DNA of 64,000 bases, taken from the IMG/VR virus record IMGVR_UViG_3300044796_000657, positions 366,230 to 430,229 of that record; one strand, given 5' to 3'. A model generated the notes under the pieces. It worked only from the letters and a program-made list of their open reading frames with translations, was not told where the DNA came from and did no database searches. Shown here one piece after another: positions 56,437-64,000 of this stretch. Both the position numbers and the translations under genes were made by a program. How positions within the stretch are numbered: the stretch's first letter is position 1; every line of letters starts with the position of its first letter.

Positions 56437-56445
56437 GGATGTTCC

Positions 56446-56631
56446 ATGAAAGATTTTCTAAAGGCTTGCAAACTTTCCTTGGGATGTTTAGGATTTTATT
56501 TCTGGTGTGTATTAATTGCGTTGCCGATTTTTGGATTGAATAACTTTGGAAACTATGGTATAGTGATGTTCGTACTTTGTGCTTTGATGTTTCCCTTACA
56601 AGTGTTAAACAGGCTCAAATATGGCGACTAA
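56446..56631 (+). CDS. small two-TM membrane protein
   Basis: Hydrophobic helices. Confidence 0.55.
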   Translation: MKDFLKACKLSLGCLGFYFWCVLIALPIFGLNNFGNYGIVMFVLCALMFPLQVLNRLKYGD

Positions 56632-56854
56632 ATTTTTATGCATAGGTGGCCCACTAGATAAGGTGCGAGCAACCAGCGAAGAATTAGCAATACGGATGCC
56701 AGAATATAACTCAGTGTATACTTCTTATAACTGTAGTTATCGCATTCGTCGTCCCAATAAAAAAATGATCGAGAATGCCAAAGAATCTGGCAGACCGGTG
56801 TTAACTTCCGCAATTATGGTTCACAATAGTGTGTTCCAAGTAAAGCCCATGTGA
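56621..56854 (+). CDS. hypothetical protein
   Basis: FLCIGGPLD; stop inside tRNA-Leu. Confidence 0.55.
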   Translation: MATKFLCIGGPLDKVRATSEELAIRMPEYNSVYTSYNCSYRIRRPNKKMIENAKESGRPVLTSAIMVHNSVFQVKPM

Positions 56855-56928
56855 TGGAACTGGCAGACTTCACGGTTCGAGAAGCCGTGGCTCTTTTGAG
56901 CGTGCAGGTTCGAAGCCTGTCATGGGCA
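56845..56928 (+). tRNA. tRNA-Leu(GAG), C33
   Basis: acggt-tc-gag-aa-gccgt; variable arm gctc-tttt-gagc; A73. Confidence 0.82.
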
Positions 56929-56957
56929 CTGTTTTCCCCTTTTATCGGAGTATGATT

Positions 56958-57248
56958 ATGAATCTTGAACTTTGCGCCTCGTTCGCCGAAGCTGTGTTTC
57001 CCGCCGACGCTGTCGCCCGTGAGAACCTTTTCGAAAACGCCAAGTTGGGCCGCTTCAAAGACTTCGATGAAGCCATCATGCAGCAAGCTGTGGACTTCTA
57101 TGCTGAAGGCGTCAGATCGGGTGGTGTTAAGTTCCCCACTCTGTTCTGCCAAGATGTTCAGGCCGCTCTCCCAACCCACGACAAACAGAACTTCAAGATC
57201 CTTGCGCACGTCGCCCAATGCGAATGCTGCCAGCAAAAAGTCAGCTAA
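56958..57248 (+). CDS. hypothetical protein
   Basis: GGAG SD; GC-richer codon usage. Confidence 0.6.
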   Translation: MNLELCASFAEAVFPADAVARENLFENAKLGRFKDFDEAIMQQAVDFYAEGVRSGGVKFPTLFCQDVQAALPTHDKQNFKILAHVAQCECCQQKVS

Positions 57249-57252
57249 GTAG

Positions 57253-57381
57253 GTATCCGGTGTGAGCATGGGACTCACTCCTGTAGGTATTACTGGACTT
57301 GGGATAGACCCAAGCTGCTCGAAAGGCGGAAGACCGGTGCAACTCCGGAAATGACAAAAGGTTCGATTCCTTTCGGATGCT
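57253..57381 (+). ncRNA. tRNA-like RNA with multi-hairpin insert replacing the anticodon arm
   Basis: gtatccg/cggatgc, gtgag/ctcac D-like arm, three internal hairpins, T-arm aaagg-ttcgatt-ccttt. Confidence 0.6.
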
Positions 57382-57385
57382 ACTT

Positions 57386-57691
57386 ATGAAACCTCGCATC
57401 ATGTATGTTGAAAACAAAGCGACCGGCGAAGCTCATATCGGAAGAGTGAGCTTTTCTAAAACCGGTCGCACGGTTTACTACAACAGCAAAAGCCTATCCA
57501 ATCTTGGCGGAAGAGGCTTTAAAGCCAATCACTACGACATTGACACACACGAAGAGTATTGGGTGTCCGGGCCTCACAAAGATGGCAATGACAAACTGTA
57601 CGGTGGACAGAAGGGCGTTGTAATAGACGCCGACGTTTGGGACGAGTATTGGATAGAGATAAGGGGATTGAAAGAGATTCCCAAACGTTAA
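57386..57691 (+). CDS. conserved-looking hypothetical protein
   Basis: RIMYVENK..GRVSFSKTGRTVYY..YWVSGP. Confidence 0.65.
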   Translation: MKPRIMYVENKATGEAHIGRVSFSKTGRTVYYNSKSLSNLGGRGFKANHYDIDTHEEYWVSGPHKDGNDKLYGGQKGVVIDADVWDEYWIEIRGLKEIPKR

Positions 57692-57700
57692 TATGTTTGA

Positions 57701-57774
57701 GTCGGGGTAGCCCAACGGCAGGAGGCGACACACTCAAAATGTGTACAGTGTGGGTTCGAATCCCACCCTCGATA
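57701..57774 (+). tRNA. tRNA-Leu(CAA) with short variable loop
   Basis: acaca-ct-caa-aa-tgtgt. Confidence 0.82.
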
Positions 57775-57880
57775 TTATGAAGAAGTTTATTAAATACACT
57801 TGTAATGTTGCTCGCAATGCGGTTTGTCTTTATTTTCGTCCGATCACGGCAACAATTCAATTTGTCAAAAAGAAGTTAAG

Positions 57881-58063
57881 ATGAAACCAACAGATAAAGA
57901 ACATGAATGTTTTACCAAATTAGATAATGGATCAATACCGGCGGGTAGAGATGTTGATGTTTATCGTATTGACGACAAAACAATTTTTGTCAGCTTCCCA
58001 AATGGTGGGCATATTAGGATTGTAAGCGAAACACCAATTAAGACATTTTGCAAACCTGAATAA
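57881..58063 (+). CDS. small hypothetical protein
   Basis: ORF. Confidence 0.5.
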   Translation: MKPTDKEHECFTKLDNGSIPAGRDVDVYRIDDKTIFVSFPNGGHIRIVSETPIKTFCKPE

Positions 58064-58220
58064 CAAAAGAAGTTAAAATGATTACCGCAATGGTTATTTG
58101 TTTTGTTTGTATGGTTATTGGAGCGGCTACTGATAGCGATTTGGCAACGCTGGCTTTCATTATTTTTATGATTTTATTGGGCATAAAAATAATTAGTTTT
58201 ATTAATTCTTAATATAATTT

Positions 58221-58296
58221 GGTCTCGTAACATAGTCTGGTCTAATGTGCCGATCTTATAAGTCGGATATCGAAAGTTCAAATCTTTCCGAGACTA
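58221..58296 (+). tRNA. tRNA-Ile(UAU)
   Basis: ccgat-ct-tat-aa-gtcgg; A73. Confidence 0.88.
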
Positions 58297-58297
58297 C

Positions 58298-58369
58298 TGT
58301 CGTTTAGCTGAGTGGTAAAGCGTCTGTACGACATGCAGAAGATCATCGGTTCAATTCCGGTAACGACAA
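58298..58369 (+). tRNA. tRNA-Val(GAC), C33
   Basis: tctgt-ac-gac-at-gcaga. Confidence 0.8.
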
Positions 58370-58373
58370 CTTT

Positions 58374-58445
58374 GGCTCGTTAGTATAACGGATAGTGCGG
58401 TTGTTTCCTAAACGACAAGCAGAGGTTCGACTCCTCTACGGGCTA
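58374..58445 (+). tRNA. tRNA-Arg(CCU)
   Basis: gttgt-tt-cct-aa-acgac. Confidence 0.88.
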
Positions 58446-58450
58446 CTTAT

Positions 58451-58526
58451 GCCTTCGTAATGGCCCCGGTTTCTACCCGGAAGGTGCATAACTGGAATTA
58501 TACAGGTTCGACTCCTGTCGAGGGTG
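58451..58526 (+). tRNA. D-armless tRNA-Arg(UCU)-like with long variable arm
   Basis: gccttcg/cgagggt; 7-nt linker; ccgg-tt-tct-ac-ccgg; T-arm acagg-ttcgact-cctgt. Confidence 0.6.
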
Positions 58527-58545
58527 CTGGTTTCAATTAACGGAG

Positions 58546-58836
58546 ATGATTATTATGATGAAGAATATTTTGATCGCATTGGCAGTTATCGCAGGTGTGG
58601 CATTCACCACTTCTGCTGCTTCCGCACAACATCGCTATCCCCCAAGAGGTGGTGCTGTTGTTGTAGTTAGACCGCCAGTATATGCCCCACCTGTCGTTGT
58701 AGTTCGCCCACCAGTTTATAATTATAACTACAATTATGGCTATAACTACAACTATGGTTTCTACAATCCGTACTATAATCCATTCATATACGGCAATTCT
58801 TTTTACGGTAGTTCCTTTTTCTTCCGTATTCGTTAA
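58546..58836 (+). CDS. small secreted Pro/Val- and Tyr/Asn-repeat protein
   Basis: Signal peptide, VVVRPPVY repeats, YNYNY tract. Confidence 0.7.
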   Translation: MIIMMKNILIALAVIAGVAFTTSAASAQHRYPPRGGAVVVVRPPVYAPPVVVVRPPVYNYNYNYGYNYNYGFYNPYYNPFIYGNSFYGSSFFFRIR

Positions 58837-58841
58837 ACTTC

Positions 58842-58870
58842 AAAAAACCCGGTTTTAGCCGGGTTTTTTT
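58842..58870 (+). terminator. intrinsic terminator
   Basis: aaaaaacccgg-ttttag-ccgggtttttttt. Confidence 0.85.
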
Positions 58871-58885
58871 ACTTCATGGTGATAT

Positions 58886-59152
58886 ATGGAAATTGTTTGG
58901 ATATTGGCTTATTTGGTCTTTAATTTCACAATGGTGTTGTTTTTAGTTCGCTATAATTTAATTTCTAAAAAAGATTGCCTTCCGGTGTTATTAGCGTGGC
59001 CGTATTTAGTTTTGATGACAGTTGTTACGATATTAGCGGTCTTGATATCGATGCCATTTATGGTATTATATAGCTTAACAGCTCAACGTTGGTTGGGCGG
59101 CATTAATGATGTCTTATGGCGACTAGGAAGTCGTCATTCTGATCAAGGATAG
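58886..59152 (+). CDS. small membrane protein
   Basis: Hydrophobic helices. Confidence 0.55.
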   Translation: MEIVWILAYLVFNFTMVLFLVRYNLISKKDCLPVLLAWPYLVLMTVVTILAVLISMPFMVLYSLTAQRWLGGINDVLWRLGSRHSDQG

Positions 59153-59155
59153 CAA

Positions 59156-59842
59156 ATGGCGATTCAACTTGCCCGATCCACCCAATCGGTACCAGTCAAA
59201 ATGGTAAAGGTTAAGTTCAATTACAAAATTGGCGAAACGGTCACATTCAAGTTGTGGAAAACAAGACACTACGGAATGATCCTTGCCCGTGAACAAAATT
59301 GGCACGGCGGCTTGAAAGTCTACAAAGTTCAAGTAGACAAATACAGAAGCCATTACGTTTACGAATCTGAAATACGTCGTACAAAACGTCGTCCTAAATA
59401 CATCGTCAAAATTACTGAGATCCAATTCGAATCTTTGGGTGAAGGTTTACACATTTTCCCAAATCGCTGGATCAACTTAAACAAATCTGCAAGTAAATTC
59501 GGCTCGCTCATTCGCAGGGCAATTCCACTTCGTCCAACATTGGATGATATTAAACTCCCCCCTCGTGTCCCCGAACCACGCATCGGCATTCCATACAGCA
59601 ACATTGAAGACATGGACAAAAATGCCGGTGTCTTAGTGATGGCTGTTTCTCTTGAAGGACCGGCATGGAAGGGTGGTTTGAGAGAGTGGGACATTATCGT
59701 TAAGATGGGCAGTCAAATTGTCCATAATAGAGCGGAATACACAATCGCACTCAGACACATGTACATCGGTCAGGCAATGGAAGTGACTGTGATACGTGAT
59801 AAACAGCCTGTTCAATTGGTCATTGTCATTGAAGGGTTCTAA
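59156..59842 (+). CDS. protein with C-terminal PDZ domain
   Basis: GVLVMAVSLEGPAWKGGLREWDIIVKMGSQIV..IGQAMEVTVIRD. Confidence 0.75.
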   Translation: MAIQLARSTQSVPVKMVKVKFNYKIGETVTFKLWKTRHYGMILAREQNWHGGLKVYKVQVDKYRSHYVYESEIRRTKRRPKYIVKITEIQFESLGEGLHIFPNRWINLNKSASKFGSLIRRAIPLRPTLDDIKLPPRVPEPRIGIPYSNIEDMDKNAGVLVMAVSLEGPAWKGGLREWDIIVKMGSQIVHNRAEYTIALRHMYIGQAMEVTVIRDKQPVQLVIVIEGF

Positions 59843-60098
59843 TCGTGTTTTTGCCAAAGCCAACATGCGACGAATTCTTGCCAGAAGAAGAACCTAAGCC
59901 CAAACCCAAATTTGATTGGCGAAAGGTTCAAGAAGAAAAATTTAACACCAAAAAAGTTCCGCCTGAAATGTATCTCTCACAAGACGATCAGGGGGAATTT
60001 TCTTTTTGGCGATAAATTTTTCCATAATTTCTCTTGCTATTTGAAACAGGATGTGATACACTCATTTGGCGTTCACAACTTTCTTTCAAGGGGAAATC

Positions 60099-60701
60099 AT
60101 GTTCGACAAATTCGGAAAATTGGTGGTGTTGGGATGCGGCGGGTTAATTGCGAGCGTTGTAGTCGTCGGCATCATCTTTGGCATCTGGTATTTCGGCACA
60201 TTCAACAAGCAAGCAAGATTCGTCGCTCAAATTTCGGGCGAACAAGACGTATGCAAGATCAGCTACGACAACACATGGAAGGTCATTCAAGAAATGGCCC
60301 AAGTTCCCGATGCCTACAAAGACGGCTTCAAGGAATCATGGGGTGTGATTGTTAACAGCAGTCCTAGCAAAACCGCTGGCCTCGTAAACGCCTACGTCAC
60401 TCGCTTCAACCCCAAATTTGACAGCAAGTTGTATGAAAAGCTTATGGTCACCATCGAGCATCAGCGGAAATCATTCGCAGAAGCCCAAAAGAAGCTGCGG
60501 GCACTGAAAACCGAACACGACGCTTTCCGAACAACCATGCCCGTTGACAGCATGTTGGGCCGAATGCTCTTCGGCACTTTCCCGCCAATCGAAGTCCAAC
60601 TCGTTCTCTCGGAAAAGACCGACAACGCCTTCGAGACCGGTCGAGACGACAAGATCAACGTCTTTGACCGCAAACCCGCCACCGTTCCTACCGCCAGTTG
60701 A
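60099..60701 (+). CDS. membrane-anchored coiled-coil protein (LemA-like possible)
   Basis: N-terminal TM helix then helical domain; GC-richer. Confidence 0.6.
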   Translation: MFDKFGKLVVLGCGGLIASVVVVGIIFGIWYFGTFNKQARFVAQISGEQDVCKISYDNTWKVIQEMAQVPDAYKDGFKESWGVIVNSSPSKTAGLVNAYVTRFNPKFDSKLYEKLMVTIEHQRKSFAEAQKKLRALKTEHDAFRTTMPVDSMLGRMLFGTFPPIEVQLVLSEKTDNAFETGRDDKINVFDRKPATVPTAS

Positions 60702-60803
60702 TCCGCCGATGTGGGCAGTATTGATGACTTACGGCGTGACATTTCTAGCCAACGTCGGCATCGTTTTGGGATTTAGTTTGAAGAAAGACTGAATAGATAA
60801 TGA

Positions 60804-61190
60804 ATGACTTTCAAAGAATTTATAGCAAAGCATGATATCGACTTTTCGCCAGTCGTTAACTTGATCGATAAGGCTTTGCTATCTATCAAGAGAGTTGAAC
60901 CACAAATCGATCATCCGCTTTGGATGCAATCAAAACAACATCTGAGTGGATATGAGGATGTTGTTCAATTCTTTTACAACAGTTTACATTCATTGCGGGA
61001 ATGGGTGAGCCGAGGCGCTCACAACAAGAAGTTATCTCAGACGATAAAGCCATTGTACAATAAGATTTTGAAAGATGTGTCTAGGCTTGTAGCGAAGAAA
61101 GAAACGCATCCTACGCTTCAACAATTCAATGTACAGAACACTTTTGACTCAATTCAGAAGATGATTCAAGACATAACTTCTAGTGTTTGA
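60804..61190 (+). CDS. hypothetical protein
   Basis: Starts MTFKEFIAK. Confidence 0.6.
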   Translation: MTFKEFIAKHDIDFSPVVNLIDKALLSIKRVEPQIDHPLWMQSKQHLSGYEDVVQFFYNSLHSLREWVSRGAHNKKLSQTIKPLYNKILKDVSRLVAKKETHPTLQQFNVQNTFDSIQKMIQDITSSV

Positions 61191-61344
61191 CTTGGCCTTG
61201 GCTCGTCTGCATATGGATGAACATACCAAGTATGATCACTTACTTGATAAGCCTCAATTTTGTCAAGAAATTGCTCTCGTTCTTCTTCGGTAGCAGATTG
61301 CCACCATTTAATAGCTTCTTCCATTTTATCTCTTACGATTTGAG

Positions 61345-61417
61345 TGGGCGTTGAGGGATTCGAACCCCCGGCTCTTTCCGTGTAAAGGAAATACTCTGGC
61401 CTCTGAGTTAAACGCCC
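61345..61417 (-). tRNA. tRNA-Val(UAC)
   Basis: Reverse strand tttcc-tt-tac-ac-ggaaa; only minus-strand tRNA seen. Confidence 0.92.
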
Positions 61418-61468
61418 ATTTGTATTTAGATATTAAAGTATTTGCCCGTCGGTTTCAATATATAAAGT

Positions 61469-62548
61469 ATGCATCGTAGAAAAAGATTAGCAGCAAGAGC
61501 AGAAAGTTTCGGCGGAAGTTTAAGTTTAAGTTCCGCAGCAGCAGCGTCCTCTTCATTGGCTCCACAGAAAAAAATGGGCATGGGTATGGGCATGAAACCC
61601 CCCGGCAACGGCATGGGTATGGGAATGGGTGGTGGCCCCGGTCCCGGCCCCGGAGGGCCGGGTGGTCCAGGTGGTGGTGGTGGACCGGGTAACGGTGGTC
61701 CCGGCCCCGGAGGGCCGGGTGGTCCAGGGCCGGGCATGGGAAAAACAACTAGCTCTCACGATTCTCAATCAAGTCACGCACCCACCATTCCATCGGCCCC
61801 ACCAACTGGCCCCTTACCAGCAGGTGGTGGCCCCACAAACTGGCAAGTAGATTTCATTAACAATAGCAATGCGGTAACTGATGCCGATCTGCAAACTTGT
61901 ATTGCCGCTCTACAAAAACAGGTTCAATTCCATTTTGGCCCGGTTTGGAACATTAATGCCGATCTTAAATTTAGCACTCAATTAAACTTCAATCCTACAA
62001 TCTTCGTTCTGGATTATTCGTCCGATGTTAGCATTTTGGGTTATCACGACATAACACAAGCTGGTATTCCAGTAGGATTCGTATTCGCACAATCTTCAAT
62101 TGATTCAGGTGAGTCTTGGCAAGTCACAGCAAGCCATGAACTTTTGGAACTATTAGGCGATCCTTATGTTAATTTGGCTTGCCAAGGTCAATTTGCCGGG
62201 CAGAACGTATTCTTTGCCTATGAAACTTGTGATGCAGTAGAAAATGACGTTTATCAGATTGACGGTGTGGATGTATCTAACTTCCAATATCCATCATGGT
62301 TTGTCAATCAAAACTCTGATCGTTATGATTATATGGGAGTTTTAGATGCACCATTCACAATTTCTTCTGGTGGTTATTTAACGTATTTTCGAACAGTAGG
62401 CGACTGGATTGATGTATCTTCCAATGGTTTGCTACCACTGAATAAGCCGAAATTCACCAGACATTTCCGAAGACGCAAACTTGCCAACCCGCTTTACTCA
62501 GTACCATTAGAAACCCCGATCAATAGGCACAACCATGTCAAAGATTAA
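61469..62548 (+). CDS. Gly/Pro-rich N-terminus plus zincin-like metallopeptidase domain
   Basis: GPGGPG repeats; ILGYH; TASHELLELLGDP; ETCDAVE. Confidence 0.65.
   Translation: MHRRKRLAARAESFGGSLSLSSAAAASSSLAPQKKMGMGMGMKPPGNGMGMGMGGGPGPGPGGPGGPGGGGGPGNGGPGPGGPGGPGPGMGKTTSSHDSQSSHAPTIPSAPPTGPLPAGGGPTNWQVDFINNSNAVTDADLQTCIAALQKQVQFHFGPVWNINADLKFSTQLNFNPTIFVLDYSSDVSILGYHDITQAGIPVGFVFAQSSIDSGESWQVTASHELLELLGDPYVNLACQGQFAGQNVFFAYETCDAVENDVYQIDGVDVSNFQYPSWFVNQNSDRYDYMGVLDAPFTISSGGYLTYFRTVGDWIDVSSNGLLPLNKPKFTRHFRRRKLANPLYSVPLETPINRHNHVKD
61640..61728 (+). repeat. 32-bp intragenic direct repeat
   Basis: ggtcccggccccggagggccgggtggtccagg at 61640 and 61697. Confidence 0.85.
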
Positions 62549-63137
62549 TATGAAGTTCAAACATTGGTTAGAAGATACGAATGTTCCCGATCAGCATATC
62601 GATATTGATATTCCGCCAACTCACCAACAGAAAGATTATTCTTGTGGTGCTGCCTGTCTGCGAGCCATTAGTACTTACTTTAAAGTCGGCCCGAAAACCG
62701 AACAAGAATTCATGAAGGATTGTAATACCAAACATGATAAAGGGACGCACCCAGAGAACCTAGAAAGGGTCGCCAAACAGTATGGTTTGAGTGTACAAGC
62801 CAAAAAGAACATGACATTGAGTGAACTGCAGAACTATTTAAAGAACGGTGTACCAGTCATTTGCGTGATGCAGGCTTGGGGAGATCCAAAAGATTATCAT
62901 AACGAAGATAGCGGCCATTATGTAGTGGCTATTGGATTCAATGAAGTTAACATTTATTTTATGGACCCACTCATTGAGGATGCAGCACGTGGTCATTTGT
63001 CTCACTCAGAATTTGTGAAAAGATGGCACGACCATGCACCAGATGGTGAAAAATATATAAGATTTGGTATTGCCATGTGGAAGAATGTTAATTCGCCCAA
63101 AGCCGAAAAATTACATACGACTCAAAAGATCAAGTAA
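62535..63137 (+). CDS. C39-like cysteine peptidase
   Basis: QQKDYSCGAACL, SGHYVVAIGF, MDP. Confidence 0.85.
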   Translation: MSKINMKFKHWLEDTNVPDQHIDIDIPPTHQQKDYSCGAACLRAISTYFKVGPKTEQEFMKDCNTKHDKGTHPENLERVAKQYGLSVQAKKNMTLSELQNYLKNGVPVICVMQAWGDPKDYHNEDSGHYVVAIGFNEVNIYFMDPLIEDAARGHLSHSEFVKRWHDHAPDGEKYIRFGIAMWKNVNSPKAEKLHTTQKIK

Positions 63138-63653
63138 TTATTTTCTTGGTGTCCAATTTGTATCCCAAGGGTGTTTGATATTGGCATTTCGACATCGAAG
63201 CATTGTGAAGCAGAAGCTATAACTTGCATTTTCGGTTATTTCATCTTCTTCACTGGCTTGAAGCATACGTTCAATGTATTGGGCATCATTACTGTTAACG
63301 ATCAATCCTCGCCATTTGGCAATTTGAACAATATACTCGGTTAGTTCTTTATTTTTCATTATGCGTTGGCTTTCTTTTTCCGAAACGACAAGATCGTCTT
63401 GGAAGTAAAAAGATACAGCTTCCCACAATGGAAAATCTCTACGAATCATACAAAGGTCTGTATAACGATGATTTAAAATTTGTTCTACCCGCCATTGAAC
63501 TTCGGGATTTGACGATGTTTTGAGTATTTCTATAAGTTGAGGCACAACGACAAAACCCGCCTGATCGAGTCCTTTGGTCGCAAATTCTCGCATTTGATAA
63601 CTTGGACTGTCTAGGTTTTGTAAGAAAAACGATAAAAGAATTGCGGTTAACAT
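63138..63653 (-). CDS. secreted HEAT-repeat-like protein
   Basis: NLDSPSYQMREFATKGLDQAG..LIEILKTSSNPEVQWRVEQIL. Confidence 0.6.
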   Translation of the reverse strand: MLTAILLSFFLQNLDSPSYQMREFATKGLDQAGFVVVPQLIEILKTSSNPEVQWRVEQILNHRYTDLCMIRRDFPLWEAVSFYFQDDLVVSEKESQRIMKNKELTEYIVQIAKWRGLIVNSNDAQYIERMLQASEEDEITENASYSFCFTMLRCRNANIKHPWDTNWTPRK

Positions 63654-63664
63654 ATAGTTATAAA

Positions 63665-63698
63665 TAAAAAACGCCGGATTTTTATCCGGCGTTTTTTA
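63665..63698. terminator. bidirectional intrinsic terminator
   Basis: aaaaaacgccgga-tttta-tccggcgtttttt. Confidence 0.8.
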
Positions 63699-63700
63699 CA

Positions 63701-64000
63701 TTAAATCTTTTGGCGAGCGGTTGGTGGATGCTCGGTGATATGGCTCTTAAGTTCTCGGACGGTGAACTTGTAGTAATCACTACGAGTCTTGCCCTTCCAT
63801 TGAGCCAGAACCTTAGTCGTTACTGGCAATTTCAAAAGTTCTTCTGCCGTATAAACGACATCAACCTTCATTTGAGTCTTACCGGGCGTCATCACCACGA
63901 AAGGATGCTGCTTTTGAATCCGATTATTGCGAAGACCTGAATCTTCGAAGTAGTGGCGGTTAGCAACACGAACATTCTTACCATTGGTCAATCTAATCAT
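63701..64000 (-). CDS. hypothetical protein (may start beyond the window edge)
   Basis: ORF reaches the window end. Confidence 0.5.
   Translation of the reverse strand: MIRLTNGKNVRVANRHYFEDSGLRNNRIQKQHPFVVMTPGKTQMKVDVVYTAEELLKLPVTTKVLAQWKGKTRSDYYKFTVRELKSHITEHPPTARQKI

Noticed and set aside
61426-61850. Pro-rich reverse-strand and alternative-frame ORFs
   Set aside because: By-products of the Gly/Pro codon repeats in the plus-strand gene.
1-64000. Alternative genetic code or stop-codon reassignment
   Set aside because: Long conserved genes (ileS, nadE, rtcB, gdhA) are intact under code 11, all three stops end genes, and no CUA, UUA or UCA suppressor tRNA was seen.
1-64000. CRISPR array
   Set aside because: No regularly spaced repeat-spacer series; the repeats found are tRNA-derived or intragenic.

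Overview
Gene-dense, roughly 40% GC segment of a large (jumbo, T4-like) bacteriophage genome. A Planctomycetota host is a tentative inference from protein style. The core is a 44-kb tRNA/translation region (about 17.2-61.4 kb). It holds 34 tRNA or tRNA-like genes with readable anticodons covering all 20 amino acids, five further tRNA-shaped RNAs with aberrant anticodon arms, several structured intergenic RNA candidates and HNH endonucleases. It also encodes IleRS, shortened TrpRS and GlyRS, two GatB/YqeY-like proteins, a divergent peptide deformylase, an EF-Tu domain-II-like protein and RtcB. Metabolic genes include NadD, NadE, glutamate dehydrogenase, IscA/HesB, a sugar epimerase, a glycosyltransferase and sulfotransferase-like proteins, and there are several proteases. 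Top observations: (1) trpS appears to need a prfB-like +1 frameshift at CUU-UGG-C, which would make TrpRS synthesis respond to Trp-tRNA shortage; (2) a set of non-canonical tRNAs co-occurs with anticodon-domain-reduced synthetases and RtcB; (3) a leader-peptide attenuator precedes the tRNA region. All structures were read by eye; no database search was run.
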